Assembly: GCA_044347145.1 (NCBI GenBank)
Contig: JBIIXU010000009.1
Span: 3,331-67,330, forward strand
Source: Flavobacterium sp.
GTDB taxonomy: Bacteria; Bacteroidota; Bacteroidia; Flavobacteriales; Flavobacteriaceae
Direction of reading: 5' to 3'
Length of the DNA: 64,000 bases
This document shows, one piece after another, positions 62,380-64,000 of this stretch. A program made the translations under genes and the position numbers. Numbering within the stretch: position 1 is the stretch's first letter; the number at the start of each line of letters is the position of its first letter. Under the pieces are notes generated by a model. It was not told the DNA's origin. It searched no databases and worked only from the letters and a program-made list of their open reading frames with translations.

Positions 62380-64000
62380 TTAATAGCCAAAATAATCTTC
62401 AGCTTTCACTTTAGTTACTTTACCGTACTTTTTTTCTAGTTCTGCAAAGTTTAATAACTCTTCATTTCCTAAAATCACATACGTTTTAGCTTTTCCTTTT
62501 ACGTGTTTTTCACTAAATACTGCAGCGTCATTAAGTGTTTTTGAAGGTAAGATTTTATACATTTTTTCATTCAAATCATAATCTCTGCCCATTTTTCTGT
62601 TTTCAAGATAATTCCAAATAACGTTCATCTTTGCAGTCCTTTGCGTACGCATATTGCTCATCATGGACTCTTTGGTTAAGTTGAAGGCTGTTTCAGACTT
62701 TGGCATATTATCAAATAAGTCATTAAAAGCGTCTAAAGCCTCAACAACTTTATCATTTTGCGTTTGAATGAAACTAAGGTTTCTAAAGTTTTCTTTAGGG
62801 TCAGTTGGTGCAGCATATCTCGCCCAAGCAGAATAAGCCAAACCTCTTTTTTCTCTCAATTCTTGAAAAACAATCGCATTCATGCCACCGCCAAAATAAT
62901 CATTATAAACCGATGCTTCTGTTAACATGTCATTATTAAAAGGTACACCATTAATAATACTTTGCACTTGAGATTGTGGCCCCTTATAATGCGCGAAAAT
63001 CACTTGGTTTTCATTGGTGTCTTGTACTTTAAATACTTTAGCCTGCGGAATTGCATTGAATTTAGCTGGTGTGTTATGCAGTTTATTAATCATAGCTGAC
63101 ACGTCAGCCATTTTTGTTGGACCATAATAAAGTACCTCGTGCGGAAATTTGTTTAAGTTCTTAAGAATATCAACTAAAACTTGCGGGTTTAGTGTATTTA
63201 ATTCAGCCTCACTCAACTGGTGTTTTTGAGGTGAATCTGATCCATAAAGGGCATAATTAGTCAAGGCTGACCAATTTGCTCTTTGATTGCCTTTGTTGTC
63301 CTTACGTGTTTTTAAAATATCTTTCACTAAGTTGGCATAGGCCTTCTCATTTACTTGCGCATCTGCTAATAAAGCTTCTAAAATACTTACTGCCTTTTCT
63401 TGATTTTCAGCTAAGCCAGATAACGAAATATAAGTTTCATCTCTACCCGCTGTTACACTATACGAGCAAGCAATTTTATAAAATTCTTGATCAACTTGCT
63501 CAGAAGTCATTTTTGAGGTACCTAAATATCTCAAATAATTAGCCGCTAAATTTACATTTTTGTCATTGTCAGAACCCATTGGGAAGTAATAAGCTAATTG
63601 GAAAAGACCATTGTCTGTATTTTGTTTGTATAAAATATCAACATTGTTTTTTAGTTTACCAACTGACATGTCTTTTTTGAAATCCACAAATTTTGGAGAA
63701 ATCGGCGAAACTGTTGCTTTTTCAACATCAACTAAAAAAGCTGATTTGCTGTCTCTGTTAATGAAGTTAGGCGTAATGGCTGGTTTGTCCACAATTGGAA
63801 TGTCTGTTGCTGCACCTTTTCGCTTATAAATAACAATATGTTTGTCTAAAGTGTTGGCATAATTAACGATTTGCTGTTTCGTAATTTTAGATAAAGTACT
63901 TACATTACTTAAAACTTCATCCCATGAACGTCTATTCATAAAGGCAAAAACTAATGACCTAGCTCTACCACCATTTGAATCAAACCCTCTGATTTCATTT
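62380..64000 (-). CDS. M16 (insulinase/pitrilysin) family peptidase, 5'-partial (start lies beyond the window end)
   Basis: The reading frame stays open upstream of the track Met through position 64000 (hand check gives ...NEIRGFDSNGGRARSLVFAFMNRRSW). The C-terminal inactive-type M16 domains are recognised by eye (FQELREKRGLAYSAWA). Confidence 0.75.
   Translation of the reverse strand, partial: NEIRGFDSNGGRARSLVFAFMNRRSWDEVLSNVSTLSKITKQQIVNYANTLDKHIVIYKRKGAATDIPIVDKPAITPNFINRDSKSAFLVDVEKATVSPISPKFVDFKKDMSVGKLKNNVDILYKQNTDNGLFQLAYYFPMGSDNDKNVNLAANYLRYLGTSKMTSEQVDQEFYKIACSYSVTAGRDETYISLSGLAENQEKAVSILEALLADAQVNEKAYANLVKDILKTRKDNKGNQRANWSALTNYALYGSDSPQKHQLSEAELNTLNPQVLVDILKNLNKFPHEVLYYGPTKMADVSAMINKLHNTPAKFNAIPQAKVFKVQDTNENQVIFAHYKGPQSQVQSIINGVPFNNDMLTEASVYNDYFGGGMNAIVFQELREKRGLAYSAWARYAAPTDPKENFRNLSFIQTQNDKVVEALDAFNDLFDNMPKSETAFNLTKESMMSNMRTQRTAKMNVIWNYLENRKMGRDYDLNEKMYKILPSKTLNDAAVFSEKHVKGKAKTYVILGNEELLNFAELEKKYGKVTKVKAEDYFGY

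Noticed and set aside
1-64000. A search for CRISPR arrays, rRNA and tRNA genes in all intergenic spacers.
   Set aside because: I saw no regularly spaced direct repeats, no T-loop GGTTCGAATCC-type motifs in a cloverleaf context, and no rRNA-like conserved blocks. The absence is by eye only and should be confirmed with tRNAscan-SE, Infernal and a CRISPR finder.

Overview
AT-rich (about 20-47% GC in the 60-nt lines I hand-counted) chromosomal window that looks like a Flavobacteriia-type Bacteroidota genome. Supporting signs are T9SS C-terminal sorting domains, TTG-N19-TAnnTTTG promoter boxes, mevalonate-pathway genes and many lipoprotein or beta-barrel ORFs. Housekeeping genes fill most of the window: pheS, mevalonate genes, mutS, pdhA plus E2, hemB, coaX, lptC, surE, lpxB, comEC, tsaB, class I fumarase and an M16 peptidase. 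The left edge (1-6027) encodes three secreted adhesin-like proteins. The main point of interest is an accessory region at about 44.7-57.3 kb, wedged between a LytTR response regulator (43940-44683) and its presumptive, 5'-truncated histidine kinase (54860-56197). It contains a frameshifted ParE/RelE-like toxin with its antitoxin, and a divergent XRE regulator. It also contains a RiPP-type biosynthetic operon: two double-glycine-leader precursor peptides, a lipoprotein, an ATP-grasp ligase, a 54-aa ORF missing from the ORF track, and a SPASM Fe-S protein with no radical-SAM CxxxCxxC motif. The operon ends with a C39-peptidase ABC exporter and an HlyD adaptor. Three toxin-antitoxin modules sit between exporter and adaptor: higBA plus a mosaic tandem pair of YoeB-like modules. 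Next come a decayed foreign gene fragment and an ars operon. I recall database family names for the ATP-grasp plus SPASM pairing ('grasp-with-spasm'), but I know of no characterised product. Short C-tract/G-tract palindromic units lie in frame inside the exporter C39 domain and the E2 linker, and several GC-rich palindromic intergenic elements recur. I could not recognise any rRNA, tRNA, CRISPR array, transposase or integrase. All homology statements are motif recognition by eye, not database searches.
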